A DNA stretch of 64,000 bases from Eledone cirrhosa (GCA_964016885.1 OZ024741.1:64852001-64916000); one strand, 5' to 3'. Positions 1 to 12,852 are shown, counted from the first letter of the stretch. Translations and numbers: made by a program. Notes: a model not told the origin generated them from the sequence alone.

Positions 1-2
1 AT

Positions 3-80
<78 letters not shown>

Positions 81-83
<3 letters not shown>

Positions 84-265
84 ATATACGATATTAATAA
101 ATGGAAACTATATTTATAAAACCATATTTATTTATTATACATATTTCAGGGATACCAAATTAAGTTATGGTATGCTTTCATCAGACAAAATACAATATAT
201 AACAGTTTTACAAATGAGCTTTGACGTACCCTTTTAAAATGCGACCATTATTTTTGGAAGCCATC
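81..265 (-). mobile_element. PLE pLTR fragment, family A
   Basis: Homologous to 18900-19030 and to the reverse complement of 26310-26432, the 3' end of the coding PLE at 23208-26432. Confidence 0.8.
128..192 (-). ncRNA. Hammerhead motif, family A (extended stem II)
   Basis: Minus strand: TATTTTGT CTGATGA aagcATACCA..TGGTATccct GAAA TATGTA TA ATAAATA. Confidence 0.65.
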
Positions 266-361
266 AAATATATATATAAATATATATACATATATAAAAA
301 TATAAAAATATATATAAAAATATATATATATATATATAAAAATATAAATATAAAAATATAA

Positions 362-394
<33 letters not shown>

Positions 395-692
395 AAAATA
401 TAAATATATATATAAATATATAAAAATATAAATATATATATAAATATATAAAAATATAAATATATATATAAATATATAAAAATATAAATATATATATAAA
501 AATACATATATATATATATATAAAAATATAAATATATAAAAATATATATATAAAAATATATATATAAAAATATATATATAAAAATATATATATAAAAATA
601 TATATATAAAAATATATATATAAAAATATATATATAAAAATATATATATAAAAATATATATATAAAAATATATATATAAAAATATATATATA

Positions 693-860
<168 letters not shown>

Positions 861-883
861 TATATATATATATATATAAATAA

Positions 884-916
<33 letters not shown>

Positions 917-933
917 TATATATATATAAATAA

Positions 934-964
<31 letters not shown>

Positions 965-973
965 TATATATAT

Positions 974-1128
<155 letters not shown>

Positions 1129-1149
1129 AATATAAATATATATATATAT

Positions 1150-1780
1150 AGAATTAAGGAAGCACTTATTATAGATAAAACACATCCACCAATCAATAAT
1201 AGACTAGAGCTCAACACCCAATTTATAACCTGATAGGGCCTCTAGCCCCATATTTACACACCCCACACACACGCACGCGCACACACACACGCTTACACCT
1301 CCACTTATTCTCTCTCACACATACACACACAAAACCAGTTCTAACACCAGATAACACCTACCCCCCCCCAAGTTTACGATTAGACCTATCTTCCCACACT
1401 CACACACACACACCCACATACCTACACCTTCATGCATTCTCCCACACACATATACAGGCACGTATATAAAAAAAAACCCCTAAACAAACCCCTCTTAAAG
1501 GGAGATTACTCTTTATCCACCTAATTTTAATTCTTTGGTATTAGAGTTAGAACAGATACTCTATACTATTTCCGGTCAGCATGGCTTGACTAGAGATTTA
1601 AGACGCTGGTTTGAGACCTTTATTTCCCTCCGAAGAAGAGATATTATCTCGAAAATTAAGGACATTTAAATAAATTCACGGTGAAAGACGAATTCTCATC
1701 AATATCTTTCACTATTGCATTCTTTTTTCTATGTCCATACCTGCATTGTTTTGGCCTTATTACACATATTCAAACGTTTA
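1150..1780 (+). mobile_element. 5'-truncated PLE (family E): GIY-YIG C-terminus plus 3' UTR/pLTR
   Basis: 1150-1233 translates [27 protein letters not shown], matching the E-A-x-x-I...P-x-x-N end of PLE GIY-YIG domains. It is followed by a CA-rich UTR and ends in TA. Confidence 0.7.
1625..1662 (+). ncRNA. Degenerate minimal hammerhead candidate (family E)
   Basis: CCT CCGAAGA A GAGAT-ATT-ATCTC GAAA AT TA AGG. The core has U4->C and one extra nt before stem II. Confidence 0.4.
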
Positions 1781-2351
1781 TATATATATATATAAATAAA
1801 TATATATATATATATATAAATAAATATATATATATATATATAAATAAATATATATATATATATATAAATAAATATATATATATATATATAAATAAATATA
1901 TATATATATATATAAATAAATATATATATATATATATAAATAAATATATATATATATATAAATAAATATATATATATATATATATAAATAAATATATATA
2001 TATATATATATAAATAAATATATATATATATATATATAAATAAATATATATATATATATAAATAAATATATATATATATATATATAAATAAATATATATA
2101 TATATATATATAAATAAATATATATATATATATATATAAATAAATATATATATATATATATATAAATAAATATATATATATATAAATAAATATATATATA
2201 TATATATATAAATAAATATATATATATATATATATAAATAAATATATATATATATATATATAAATAAATATATATATATATATATATAAATAAATATATA
2301 TATATATATATAAATAAATATATATATATATATATAAATAAATATATATAT

Positions 2352-2388
<37 letters not shown>

Positions 2389-2397
2389 AATATATAT

Positions 2398-2428
<31 letters not shown>

Positions 2429-2447
2429 AATATATATATATATAAAT

Positions 2448-2478
<31 letters not shown>

Positions 2479-2563
2479 AATATATATATATATAAATATA
2501 TATATATATAAATATATATAAATATATATATATATAAATATATATATATATAAATATATATAA

Positions 2564-2610
<47 letters not shown>

Positions 2611-2657
2611 TATATATAAATAAATATATATATATAAATATATATATAAATAAATAT

Positions 2658-2688
<31 letters not shown>

Positions 2689-2835
2689 AATATATATATA
2701 AATAAATATATATAAATATATATATATATAAATATATATATATATAAATATATATATAAATAAATATATATATAAATAAATATATATATAAATAAATATA
2801 TATATATATAAATATATATATAAATATATATATAA

Positions 2836-2876
<41 letters not shown>

Positions 2877-3113
2877 TATATATATATATAAATATATATA
2901 TAAATAAATATATATATATATAAATATATATATAAATAAATATATATATAAATAAATATATATATATATAAATATATATATAAATAAATATATATATAAA
3001 TAAATATATATATAAATAAATATATATATATATAAATATATATATATAAATATATATATATATAAATATATATATAAATAAATATATATATATATATATA
3101 AATATATATATAA

Positions 3114-3156
<43 letters not shown>

Positions 3157-3248
3157 TATATATAAATAAATATATATATAAATAAATATATATATATATA
3201 TATATATAAATATATATATAAATAAATATATATATATATATATATAAA

Positions 3249-3279
<31 letters not shown>

Positions 3280-3281
<2 letters not shown>

Positions 3282-3830
3282 ATAAATCTACCAAGAGTTT
3301 ACGGTAGTGTCCAATCCGTATGAAGAACTCAATGTAATCCGGATATCATGGAAAGAAGAGATGCAATGAAAAGTCACTTTCGGTGAAAGATAAACGGAAT
3401 ACAGAGTCAAGATAAAATATCAAAAAAATAATGAATAAAACAATGAAACAGTTCCTTATATTAAACAAAATAAGTTCATTATTTAACGATCGTTTCTAGG
3501 ATATATATGTTTTAGAATTGGCATGCATATTCAACAGATCTATGTACAAAATTATACAAAATTATACAATCTATCAAAATTAAATATACATACCAACACA
3601 TATATATGCCGTCTTCATTATTTCTGAAGACGGCATATATATGTGATGGTATGTATATTTAATTTTGATAGTTTGTATAATTTTGTATAATTTTGTACAT
3701 AGATCTGTTGAATATGCATGCCAATTCTAACACATATATATCCTAGAAACGATCGGTAAATAATGAACTTTTTTTGTTTAATATAAGGAACTGTTTCATT
3801 GTTTTATTCATTATTTTTTTGATATTTTAT
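3280..3830. mobile_element. PLE pLTR family B in fold-back arrangement
   Basis: 3412-3617 is the near-perfect reverse complement of 3625-3830, with a 7-nt spacer. Confidence 0.75.
3614..3767 (+). ncRNA. Hammerhead motif with ~115-nt stem II (family B)
   Basis: TTCATTATTT CTGAAGA cggcATATATATGTG...CACATATATATccta GAAA CGATCG GT AAATAATGAA. The opposite arm reads GAAA CGATCG TT. Confidence 0.6.
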
Positions 3831-3976
3831 ATATATATATATATAAATAAATATATATATATAAATATATATATAAATAAATATATATATATAAATATAT
3901 ATATAAATAAATATATATATATAAATATATATATAAATAAATATATATATATAAATATATATATAAATAAATATAT

Positions 3977-4041
<65 letters not shown>

Positions 4042-4211
4042 TATAGATAGGTAAATATACACGGGTGTGTATGATTGTGTATAGAAGATTATATTAATAA
4101 GAGGAATTCCAACTTTGTCTGATTTACTCGTTTTATTTACAATCCTTTAAAATATATATAATGGTATTATAATGAAATAGTATGATACAATATTAAATTC
4201 TAAGTGTTAAT

Positions 4212-4250
4212 TGAACAAGTACTTTCATGCTTTCGCAATCTTCAGGTTCA
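4212..4250 (-). ncRNA. Minimal type I hammerhead in 3' pLTR
   Basis: TGAAC CTGAAGA T-TGC-GAAA-GCA-T GAAA GTAC TT GTTCA. Confidence 0.85.
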
Positions 4251-4625
4251 TGATATGTGGTGACAGTCGAGTTTGCAATTTTCAACTGTAATGAGATGGG
4301 TAAATTTCCTACCTTTTATACATTTTATACAGAGAAAAGTGGCTCCAGAATGCAAAGCCCTGTAAACTGTATTTCGACCAATCAGTGTGTAGTTTCACTG
4401 AATTACTACAGCTGATTGGTTTAAGCGTCACGGCTGGTTGAGCATGCTAACGACCAATAGTCATATCCAACGTATCAATTGTTTTGCTTTTTTGAAATGA
4501 TGAAAATAGCATTTTCTATTAATCATCACCATCAACATCACTTTTATTATTATTATTATTGTTGTTGTTGTTGTTGTTAGTGGTCGTGGTCATAGTGGTA
4601 GTAGAAGTAATACCCCTAGGCGTTA

Positions 4626-6812
4626 TTATTGTTCATTTAGCTTGGGTTTGAATTTATCAATAAAATTCTTTTCTTTGATTTTTCTCTTGATTTCACTTGG
4701 GCTGTGTAATTTGTAGAATGGGAATATTATAAATATTCCCTGACCACATGTTGCCAGGTGGCCGCTTAGGGGTATCTGACGGACATTTGGGTCTCTGATT
4801 TGTTGACGGTGTACCCGTGCACGTTCCGATAGTGCATTTCCAGTTTGACCGACATATAGTTCTTCACAATTCGGGCATTTAATGCAGTAAATTAGATTTC
4901 TGCTTTTGCAGTTCATATTTGCATTTGTGAGTATTTTTCCAGTTTTTGTTTTCATATATTGACCGGCGTGTATGGATTGACATGTGCCGCATCGATTATC
5001 ATTGCATTTAGATACAGTGAATGATTGGTCTTTGTTGTTAAGGTCAAACTTTGCTTTTGTTAGCAATTGCTTCAAATTTTTTGGCTGTCTTTTACTAAGA
5101 GTCAAAGATCGATCTGTGATTAAGCCTTTTAATTCATTACTTTGAGCAATGATCGGTAGGTTTGCTTTGGCAGTGTTGAAGATATTCTGGTGACATGGGT
5201 TGTGTGTCATTATAAATGGTATGACCAGTTCTTGGTTTCTTCTTCTTTGGGTTGTTCTAAGTTGTTGTATAGGTATTTTTATAGCCCGCTGTATGCCATT
5301 TTCTATAAGTAGAGATGGGTATTTTTGTTTGAGCAAAAATTCTCTTAGTTCTGTTAGGCGTTTGTACCTGGTATTCGTATCTTCTACAATGGTACAAATT
5401 CTTCTGGCTAGGCAGTATGGGATGTTGCGTTTTGTATGAGGTGGATGGCACGACTTAAAATTCAGATATTGATGGGTGTCTGTGTGTTTATAATATATAT
5501 CCGTGGTAATGGTGGTGTCGTTTTTGATTATCATTATATCTAGGAATGGTAATTTGGTCCTACTCATCTCTTTTGTGAATTGGAGAGATGGGTGTAGGTT
5601 ATTCAGGAGGATATTGAACTCATCCAGAGTATCTAGAGATTCTGTCCAGATGATGAAACAGTCGTCAAGGTATCTCTTCCAAGATTTTTCAATGTACTTT
5701 CTAAAGTCAGTACTATATTTTTCCTCTATTTCTTGGTAGAGTTGTTGTTCTAAGTATCCCATTACAGAGTTCGCGTAAACGGGAGCAAACTTCGTTCCCA
5801 TCGCTGTGCCTCTAATTTGGATGTAATTCTTTCCATTGAAGAAGAAAGTGTTGTTTTCCAGAATAAGTTTAACTGCGTCTAATATAAATGGCGCTGTGAA
5901 TCTAATGGGAATCACTTCTCTATGTTTTTCCACCCAGTATTTAACCGCCTTTATTCCTAAATCATGTGTAATGTTGGTGTAAAGGCTTACCACATCAAAA
6001 CTGAGTAGAAGTGAATTCGTTTCCGTGGTTTTGGGAAGATGGGACAGGAAGTCGATATCATCCCGGATGAAACTGGGTATGTGAATACATAGTGGTTTCA
6101 AAATAATGTCAACAAAATTGCTTAGACGGTGAGTGGGGCATGTTGGACCAGCTATAATAGGTCTAAGTTTTAAGTCTTTTGGGTGTAATAATTTAATGTA
6201 CTCACTGTTTTGTTCTCTTACTGCCAGTTGTATTTCTTTTGACTTGTGAACTTTCGGTAGGCCATACAGGTTGCTGGGTTTCGGCTCAAAATTGGTGATG
6301 TAGTCTCTTTCCTTATCAGTAAATGAGTTGTGGTATTTTGAAGCCAGGTTGTTGATCTTCTTCATGGTGTTGTGGTCTATATTTGACGGTATTTCATGAT
6401 AGAATGTTGTGTCTTTCAGTTGTTCCTCAACCAAATCCTTGTAGTATTCAGTATCCATTATAACAACTGCACCCCCTTTATCTGCTTGTTTAATTATTAT
6501 TGTTTTATCATTTTGTATACGTTTAAGTGCAGACATTTCTGATTTGTTAATGTTTGGCCTAACATTAGTATTATGTCTAAGAGGAAATTTAGACAGGATG
6601 TCAATGTATTGGTCGAGATAGATATTTCTTCCTTTTGGCGGAGTGAAATTTGATTTATTCTTTACTAGTGATTCATCACTCTCATTATTTTTATCAGCGA
6701 AGAATTCTACAAGACGTAATTTTCGACAGAATTCTTGGGTATCCTCCTTCAGTTCTTGGTGGTTGACTGTTGGAGTCGGTGTGAATTTCAGTCCTTTTGA
6801 CAGAATTTGCAT
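4626..6812 (-). CDS. PLE reverse transcriptase + C-terminal GIY-YIG endonuclease (frame open upstream to 6953)
   Basis: Motifs LSKGLKF, ADKGG, LYGLPKVHK, RPII, FDVVSLYT, GTAMG, RYLDD, FLD; Cys linker CNDNRCGTC; LIY..CPNC..YVGQT..R..H..H. Uninterrupted 728 aa. Confidence 0.96.
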   Translation of the reverse strand: MQILSKGLKFTPTPTVNHQELKEDTQEFCRKLRLVEFFADKNNESDESLVKNKSNFTPPKGRNIYLDQYIDILSKFPLRHNTNVRPNINKSEMSALKRIQNDKTIIIKQADKGGAVVIMDTEYYKDLVEEQLKDTTFYHEIPSNIDHNTMKKINNLASKYHNSFTDKERDYITNFEPKPSNLYGLPKVHKSKEIQLAVREQNSEYIKLLHPKDLKLRPIIAGPTCPTHRLSNFVDIILKPLCIHIPSFIRDDIDFLSHLPKTTETNSLLLSFDVVSLYTNITHDLGIKAVKYWVEKHREVIPIRFTAPFILDAVKLILENNTFFFNGKNYIQIRGTAMGTKFAPVYANSVMGYLEQQLYQEIEEKYSTDFRKYIEKSWKRYLDDCFIIWTESLDTLDEFNILLNNLHPSLQFTKEMSRTKLPFLDIMIIKNDTTITTDIYYKHTDTHQYLNFKSCHPPHTKRNIPYCLARRICTIVEDTNTRYKRLTELREFLLKQKYPSLLIENGIQRAIKIPIQQLRTTQRRRNQELVIPFIMTHNPCHQNIFNTAKANLPIIAQSNELKGLITDRSLTLSKRQPKNLKQLLTKAKFDLNNKDQSFTVSKCNDNRCGTCQSIHAGQYMKTKTGKILTNANMNCKSRNLIYCIKCPNCEELYVGQTGNALSERARVHRQQIRDPNVRQIPLSGHLATCGQGIFIIFPFYKLHSPSEIKRKIKEKNFIDKFKPKLNEQ

Positions 6813-6859
6813 TTCATTATTGTCAAGATCTCTTTTAGATAAATTAATTATTTTAGGAT

Positions 6860-7270
6860 CTACGTGTACAGCTGTTTTGGGTATGTTTCCTCCTGGAGTT
6901 TTTCTTTTTCCGGTTTTTGTTGTCCTGACGTTAAAAAATGAATTTTTCTCTGTTCAGGATTTATATTCCTGTTGGTGTTCGCTTGATGAACTTTTGGTCG
7001 TGATATTATATTTGGTTTCGTTATGTATTTTGTCCTATTTTTGGTATTCTGTATATTATTTTTCTTCCTGTTAGCATTATTTTTAACAATCTGGGAAAAT
7101 GACCTAGGTTTGCTTTCAGGTTTAGATCGTTTTTTCGTCCAGTTTCTTGTGGGCAATCTCTGTTGAGATCTTGAGAGTGATCTGGTTATTCTACGTTTTG
7201 TTTCCACATTCCTTGTTGGTAGTCTCTGTTGAGATCTTGAGAATGATCTCCTGGTTTTACTACTTCTCAT
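6860..7270 (-). CDS. Basic Arg/Lys/Ser-rich upstream ORF (ORF1b) of the PLE
   Basis: 136 aa with a duplicated SRSQQRLPTRN motif. Overlaps the RT frame (-1) and the ORF1a stop (ATGA). Confidence 0.6.
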   Translation of the reverse strand: MRSSKTRRSFSRSQQRLPTRNVETKRRITRSLSRSQQRLPTRNWTKKRSKPESKPRSFSQIVKNNANRKKNNIQNTKNRTKYITKPNIISRPKVHQANTNRNINPEQRKIHFLTSGQQKPEKEKLQEETYPKQLYT

Positions 7271-8121
7271 GGTCTGGTCAAAGGAATACCTATCGTGTTT
7301 GTGCTTTTCATGTTGTGTGCGATAGGGTGTTTTTGTAGAAAAAGCGAAGAGTTATTACCGTAGTTCTTCTTTGATTCAAGGTAAGGTGAGTGTTTGTGTT
7401 GGCACGTGTTCTGGCGTATGTTGTGTTGATGAGATTGTCCACTTTTAATGCTTTTTCTCAGGGTTCCAGAGTCTTTACCGTAATTTGCAGCATATTCATC
7501 GAGAAATAATTGTTTCTGCTGCCATACCTTTCTTGATTTGTTTTCTTCTTTTGAGATATCTCCGATCCATAGTTCTCGTAGTTTTTCAGCTATAATACCA
7601 GTCGTTAGCTTTGAAATTTCAACTTCAATTTGGTCATCAATAGCTTCATATTTGGCTTTGTAGCGGGATTGTTTACATTCAGAAATGGAGATGTCGGTCC
7701 TGAATTTTGTCAATGTAAGTTCCCATCGGAGTTTTGTTTCTTCTTCTGGTTCTCCTGCAATTTCTGTAATTAGGTATTTACGAGGGAGTATGGGTGCCGT
7801 TAGAGAGAGCCATTTCGAATGTGTTTCGACATATTTTTTGCATCTGTATGCTTTCCAGAAATTTTGTTTTCTTATGTTAAGGAATTTTTTCCATGTCTTC
7901 CACATTTCTTTTCTTATTCGATGTGTTTTGTTTTCCAAATTTCTTTCGTTTATTTCTGACATCCAAGGGGGTTGTGGTAGGCTTTCTCTTGTATCTTTGA
8001 TAACTGTTGGTATAATTTCAGCTAAATTCTTAATTTCAGAGTTTATATGTTCAGTTATAAGTTTTCCGTCTGTAGATTGTTTTTCTATTTCCTTTAAAAT
8101 AGAGGATTGTGTGTCCATCAT
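7267..8121 (-). CDS. Upstream ORF1a of the PLE, charged and probably helical or coiled-coil; possibly 5'-truncated
   Basis: 284-aa non-repetitive ORF on the same strand as the RT, inside the pLTR boundaries. Confidence 0.75.
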   Translation of the reverse strand: MMDTQSSILKEIEKQSTDGKLITEHINSEIKNLAEIIPTVIKDTRESLPQPPWMSEINERNLENKTHRIRKEMWKTWKKFLNIRKQNFWKAYRCKKYVETHSKWLSLTAPILPRKYLITEIAGEPEEETKLRWELTLTKFRTDISISECKQSRYKAKYEAIDDQIEVEISKLTTGIIAEKLRELWIGDISKEENKSRKVWQQKQLFLDEYAANYGKDSGTLRKSIKSGQSHQHNIRQNTCQHKHSPYLESKKNYGNNSSLFLQKHPIAHNMKSTNTIGIPLTRP

Positions 8122-8534
8122 CGTGATAAGTGTTGATATTCAAACCCAAGCTAAATGAACAATAATAACGCCTAGGGGTATTACTTCTACTACCACTATG
8201 ACCACGACCACTAACAACAACAACAATAATAATAATAATAAAAGTGATGTTGATGGTGATGATTAATAGAAAATGCTATTTTCATCATTTCAAAAAAGCA
8301 AAACAATTGATACGTTGGATATGACTATTGGTCGTTAGCATGCTCAACCAGCCGTGACGCTTAAACCAATCAGCTGTAGTAATTCAGTGAAACTACACAC
8401 TGATTGGTCGAAATACAGTTTACAGGGCTTTGCATTCTGGAGCCACTTTTCTCTGTATAAAATGTATAAAAGGTAGGAAATTTACCCATCTCATTACAGT
8501 TGAAAATTGCAAACTCGACTGTCACCACATATCA

Positions 8535-8573
8535 TGAACCTGAAGATTGCGAAAGCATGAAAGTACTTGTTCA
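8535..8573 (+). ncRNA. Minimal type I hammerhead in inverted 5' pLTR
   Basis: Identical to the 4212-4250 motif. Confidence 0.85.
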
Positions 8574-8690
8574 ATTAACACTTAGAATTTAATATTCTAT
8601 CATACTATTTCATTATAATACCATTATATATATTTTAAAGGATTGTAAATAAAACGAGTAAATCAGACAAAGTTGGAATTCCTCTTATTA

Positions 8691-8743
<53 letters not shown>

Positions 8744-8771
8744 AATATATATATATAAATATATATATATA

Positions 8772-8831
<60 letters not shown>

Positions 8832-8860
8832 AATATATATATATAAATATATATATATAT

Positions 8861-8937
8861 AAAAACAAATAACGAAACGAAATTAAATTTGTACACTTTA
8901 ACTTAATTATATATATATGTACACTTTAACTTAATTA
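8861..8937. repeat. Micro-insert with reiterated TGTACACTTTAACTTAAT (copy 1)
   Basis: The same insert occurs at 10326-10432 and 12853-12962. Confidence 0.8.
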
Positions 8938-9124
8938 TATATATATATATATAAATATATATATATAAAAATATATATAAATATATATAAATATATATAT
9001 ATATATAAATATATATAAATATATAAATATAAATATATATATATATAAATATAAATATAAATATAAATAAATATATAAATATATATAAATATATATATAT
9101 ATAAATATGTAAATATAAATATAT

Positions 9125-9157
<33 letters not shown>

Positions 9158-9258
9158 AATATATATATATATAAATATGTAAATATAAATATATATATAA
9201 ATATATATAATTATATAAATATATATATATATATAAATATATATAATTATATAAATAT

Positions 9259-9289
<31 letters not shown>

Positions 9290-9292
9290 AAT

Positions 9293-9323
<31 letters not shown>

Positions 9324-9452
9324 AATATATATATATATAAATATATATATATATAAATATATATATATATAAATATATATATATATAAATATATATATAT
9401 ATAAATATATATATATATAAATATATATAAATATATAAATATATATAAATAT

Positions 9453-9519
<67 letters not shown>

Positions 9520-9522
9520 AAT

Positions 9523-9575
<53 letters not shown>

Positions 9576-9598
9576 AATATATATATATAAATAAATAT

Positions 9599-9657
<59 letters not shown>

Positions 9658-9691
9658 AATATATATATATAAATATAAATATATATATATA

Positions 9692-9723
<32 letters not shown>

Positions 9724-9751
9724 AATATATATATATAAATATATATATATA

Positions 9752-9817
<66 letters not shown>

Positions 9818-9831
9818 AATATATATATATA

Positions 9832-9883
<52 letters not shown>

Positions 9884-9896
9884 AATATATAAATAA

Positions 9897-9995
<99 letters not shown>

Positions 9996-10006
9996 TATAT
10001 ATATAA

Positions 10007-10119
<113 letters not shown>

Positions 10120-10147
10120 AATATATATAAATATATATATATATATA

Positions 10148-10270
<123 letters not shown>

Positions 10271-10325
10271 AATATATATATATAAATATATATATATAAA
10301 TATATATATATAAATATATATATAT

Positions 10326-10426
10326 AAAAACAAATAACGAAACGAAATTAAATTTGTACACTTTAACTTAATTATATATATATATAATGTACACTTTAAC
10401 TTAATTATATATATGTACACTTTAAC

Positions 10427-10432
<6 letters not shown>
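10326..10432. repeat. Micro-insert copy 2 (three reiterations)
   Basis: Direct match to copies 1 and 3. Confidence 0.8.
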
Positions 10433-10467
<35 letters not shown>

Positions 10468-10644
10468 TATATATATAAAAATATATATAAATATATATAA
10501 ATATATATATATATAAATATATATATATAAAAATATATATAAATATATATAAATATATATATATATAAATATATATAACTATATATAAATATATATATAT
10601 ATAAATATATATAAATATATATATATAAATATAAATATATAAAT

Positions 10645-10677
<33 letters not shown>

Positions 10678-11030
10678 TAAATATATATAAATATATAAAT
10701 ATATATAAATATAAATATATATATATATAAATATAAATATATATATATATAAATATAAATATAAATAAATATATAAATATATATAAATATAAATATATAT
10801 AAATATAAATATATATATATATAAATATGTAAATATAAATATATATATATATATAAATATGTAAATATAAATATATATATATATATAAATATGTAAATAT
10901 AAATATATATATATATATAAATATATATAAATATATAAATATATATAAATATATAAATATATATAAATATATAAATATATATAAATATATAAATATATAA
11001 ATATATATATATATATAAATATATATATAT

Positions 11031-11705
11031 ATAAATTGAAACAAATGAAAACAAAATTTCATTTCTCACTCTTAGTATGGCACTTACTTAAATGTAAGTA
11101 TGCATGTATACGTACATACATATATGTATACAGACGTACAGTAGCATGCACATATATATATATATATACATATATACATACATATGCATACAGGTACACA
11201 TACATATATGCACGTATCAGTTTAGCGGCGCTTATTATAACGTCGCTTTGTTCGTTTGTAAACAACTGAACAGCCTGAATTTATGCCATACGGTGTTAAG
11301 GCAACCACGTCACCTTTTTGTTCAACACTGACACAAGAACGATGTACTAGTTTCAAGCTTGTTAGCTATCATCAGCACCGTTTACCCATCTGCCAGATAG
11401 TTGAACGTTCGAAAGTATATACTTTCCTTATGAAAATTAACGGCTGAGCAGCCTAATTTGTATATTGAGTGAGTTAAATCGGTCAGGCATACCGAAAACG
11501 ATAAATTGAAACAAAATGAAAACAAAATTTCATTTCTCACTCTTAGTATGGCACTTACTTAAATGTAAGTATGCATGTATACGTACATACATATATGTAT
11601 ACAGACGTACAGTAGCATGCACATATATATATATATATACATATATACATACATATGCATACAGGTACACATACATATATGCACGTATCAGTTTAGCGGC
11701 GCTTA
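11031..11705 (-). mobile_element. Non-coding HHR-bearing unit, family C, partial tandem (period ~470 nt)
   Basis: The sequence starting at 11031 recurs at 11501. Further copies lie at 27054-28279. Confidence 0.8.
11338..11382 (-). ncRNA. Minimal type I hammerhead, family C
   Basis: AACGGTG CTGATGA T-AGCT-AACA-AGCT-T GAAA CTAG TA CATCGTT. Confidence 0.88.
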
Positions 11706-11755
11706 TATATATATATATATATAAATATATATATATATAAATATATATATATAAT

Positions 11756-11893
<138 letters not shown>

Positions 11894-11898
11894 TATAT

Positions 11899-12091
<193 letters not shown>

Positions 12092-12183
12092 AATATATAT
12101 ATTTATATATATATATATAAATATATATATTTATATATATATATAAAAATATATATATTTATATATATAAATATATATATATT

Positions 12184-12217
<34 letters not shown>

Positions 12218-12379
12218 AATATATATATATAAATATATATAAATATATATATATAAATATATATATATAAATATATATATATATAAATATATATATATAT
12301 AAATATATATATATAAAAATATATATATATATAAATATATATATATAAAAATATGTATATATATAAATATATATATATA

Positions 12380-12445
<66 letters not shown>

Positions 12446-12454
12446 TATATATAT

Positions 12455-12485
<31 letters not shown>

Positions 12486-12520
12486 AATATGTATATATAT
12501 ATATAAATATATATAAATAT

Positions 12521-12565
<45 letters not shown>

Positions 12566-12585
12566 TATATATATATAAATATATA

Positions 12586-12619
<34 letters not shown>

Positions 12620-12692
12620 AATATATATATAAATATATATATATATAAATATATATATATATAAATATATATAAATATATATATATATAAAT

Positions 12693-12723
<31 letters not shown>

Positions 12724-12771
12724 AATATATATAAATATATATATATAAAAATATATATATATATATATATA

Positions 12772-12825
<54 letters not shown>

Positions 12826-12852
12826 AATATATATATATAAATATATATATAT

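Larger units (their letters stand above)
4060..8695 (-). mobile_element. Penelope-like retroelement (probably Neptune-type) with inverted pLTR at its 5' end
   Basis: Contains the RT+GIY-YIG ORF. 4091-4652 is repeated inverted at 8139-8695. Both flanks are TA. Confidence 0.95.

Noticed and set aside
1790-2345. Regular 18-24-nt periodicity resembling a CRISPR array
   Set aside because: No unique spacers; it is a higher-order TA/AAAT satellite in eukaryotic DNA.
3313-3400. Possible plus-strand hammerhead (ATCCGT ATGAAGA...GAAA...ACGGA)
   Set aside because: C3 is missing and no consistent stem II/III register was found.
11445-11500. CTGAGCA...GAAA on the plus strand of family C
   Set aside because: The core is not CUGANGA, and the real motif is on the other strand.
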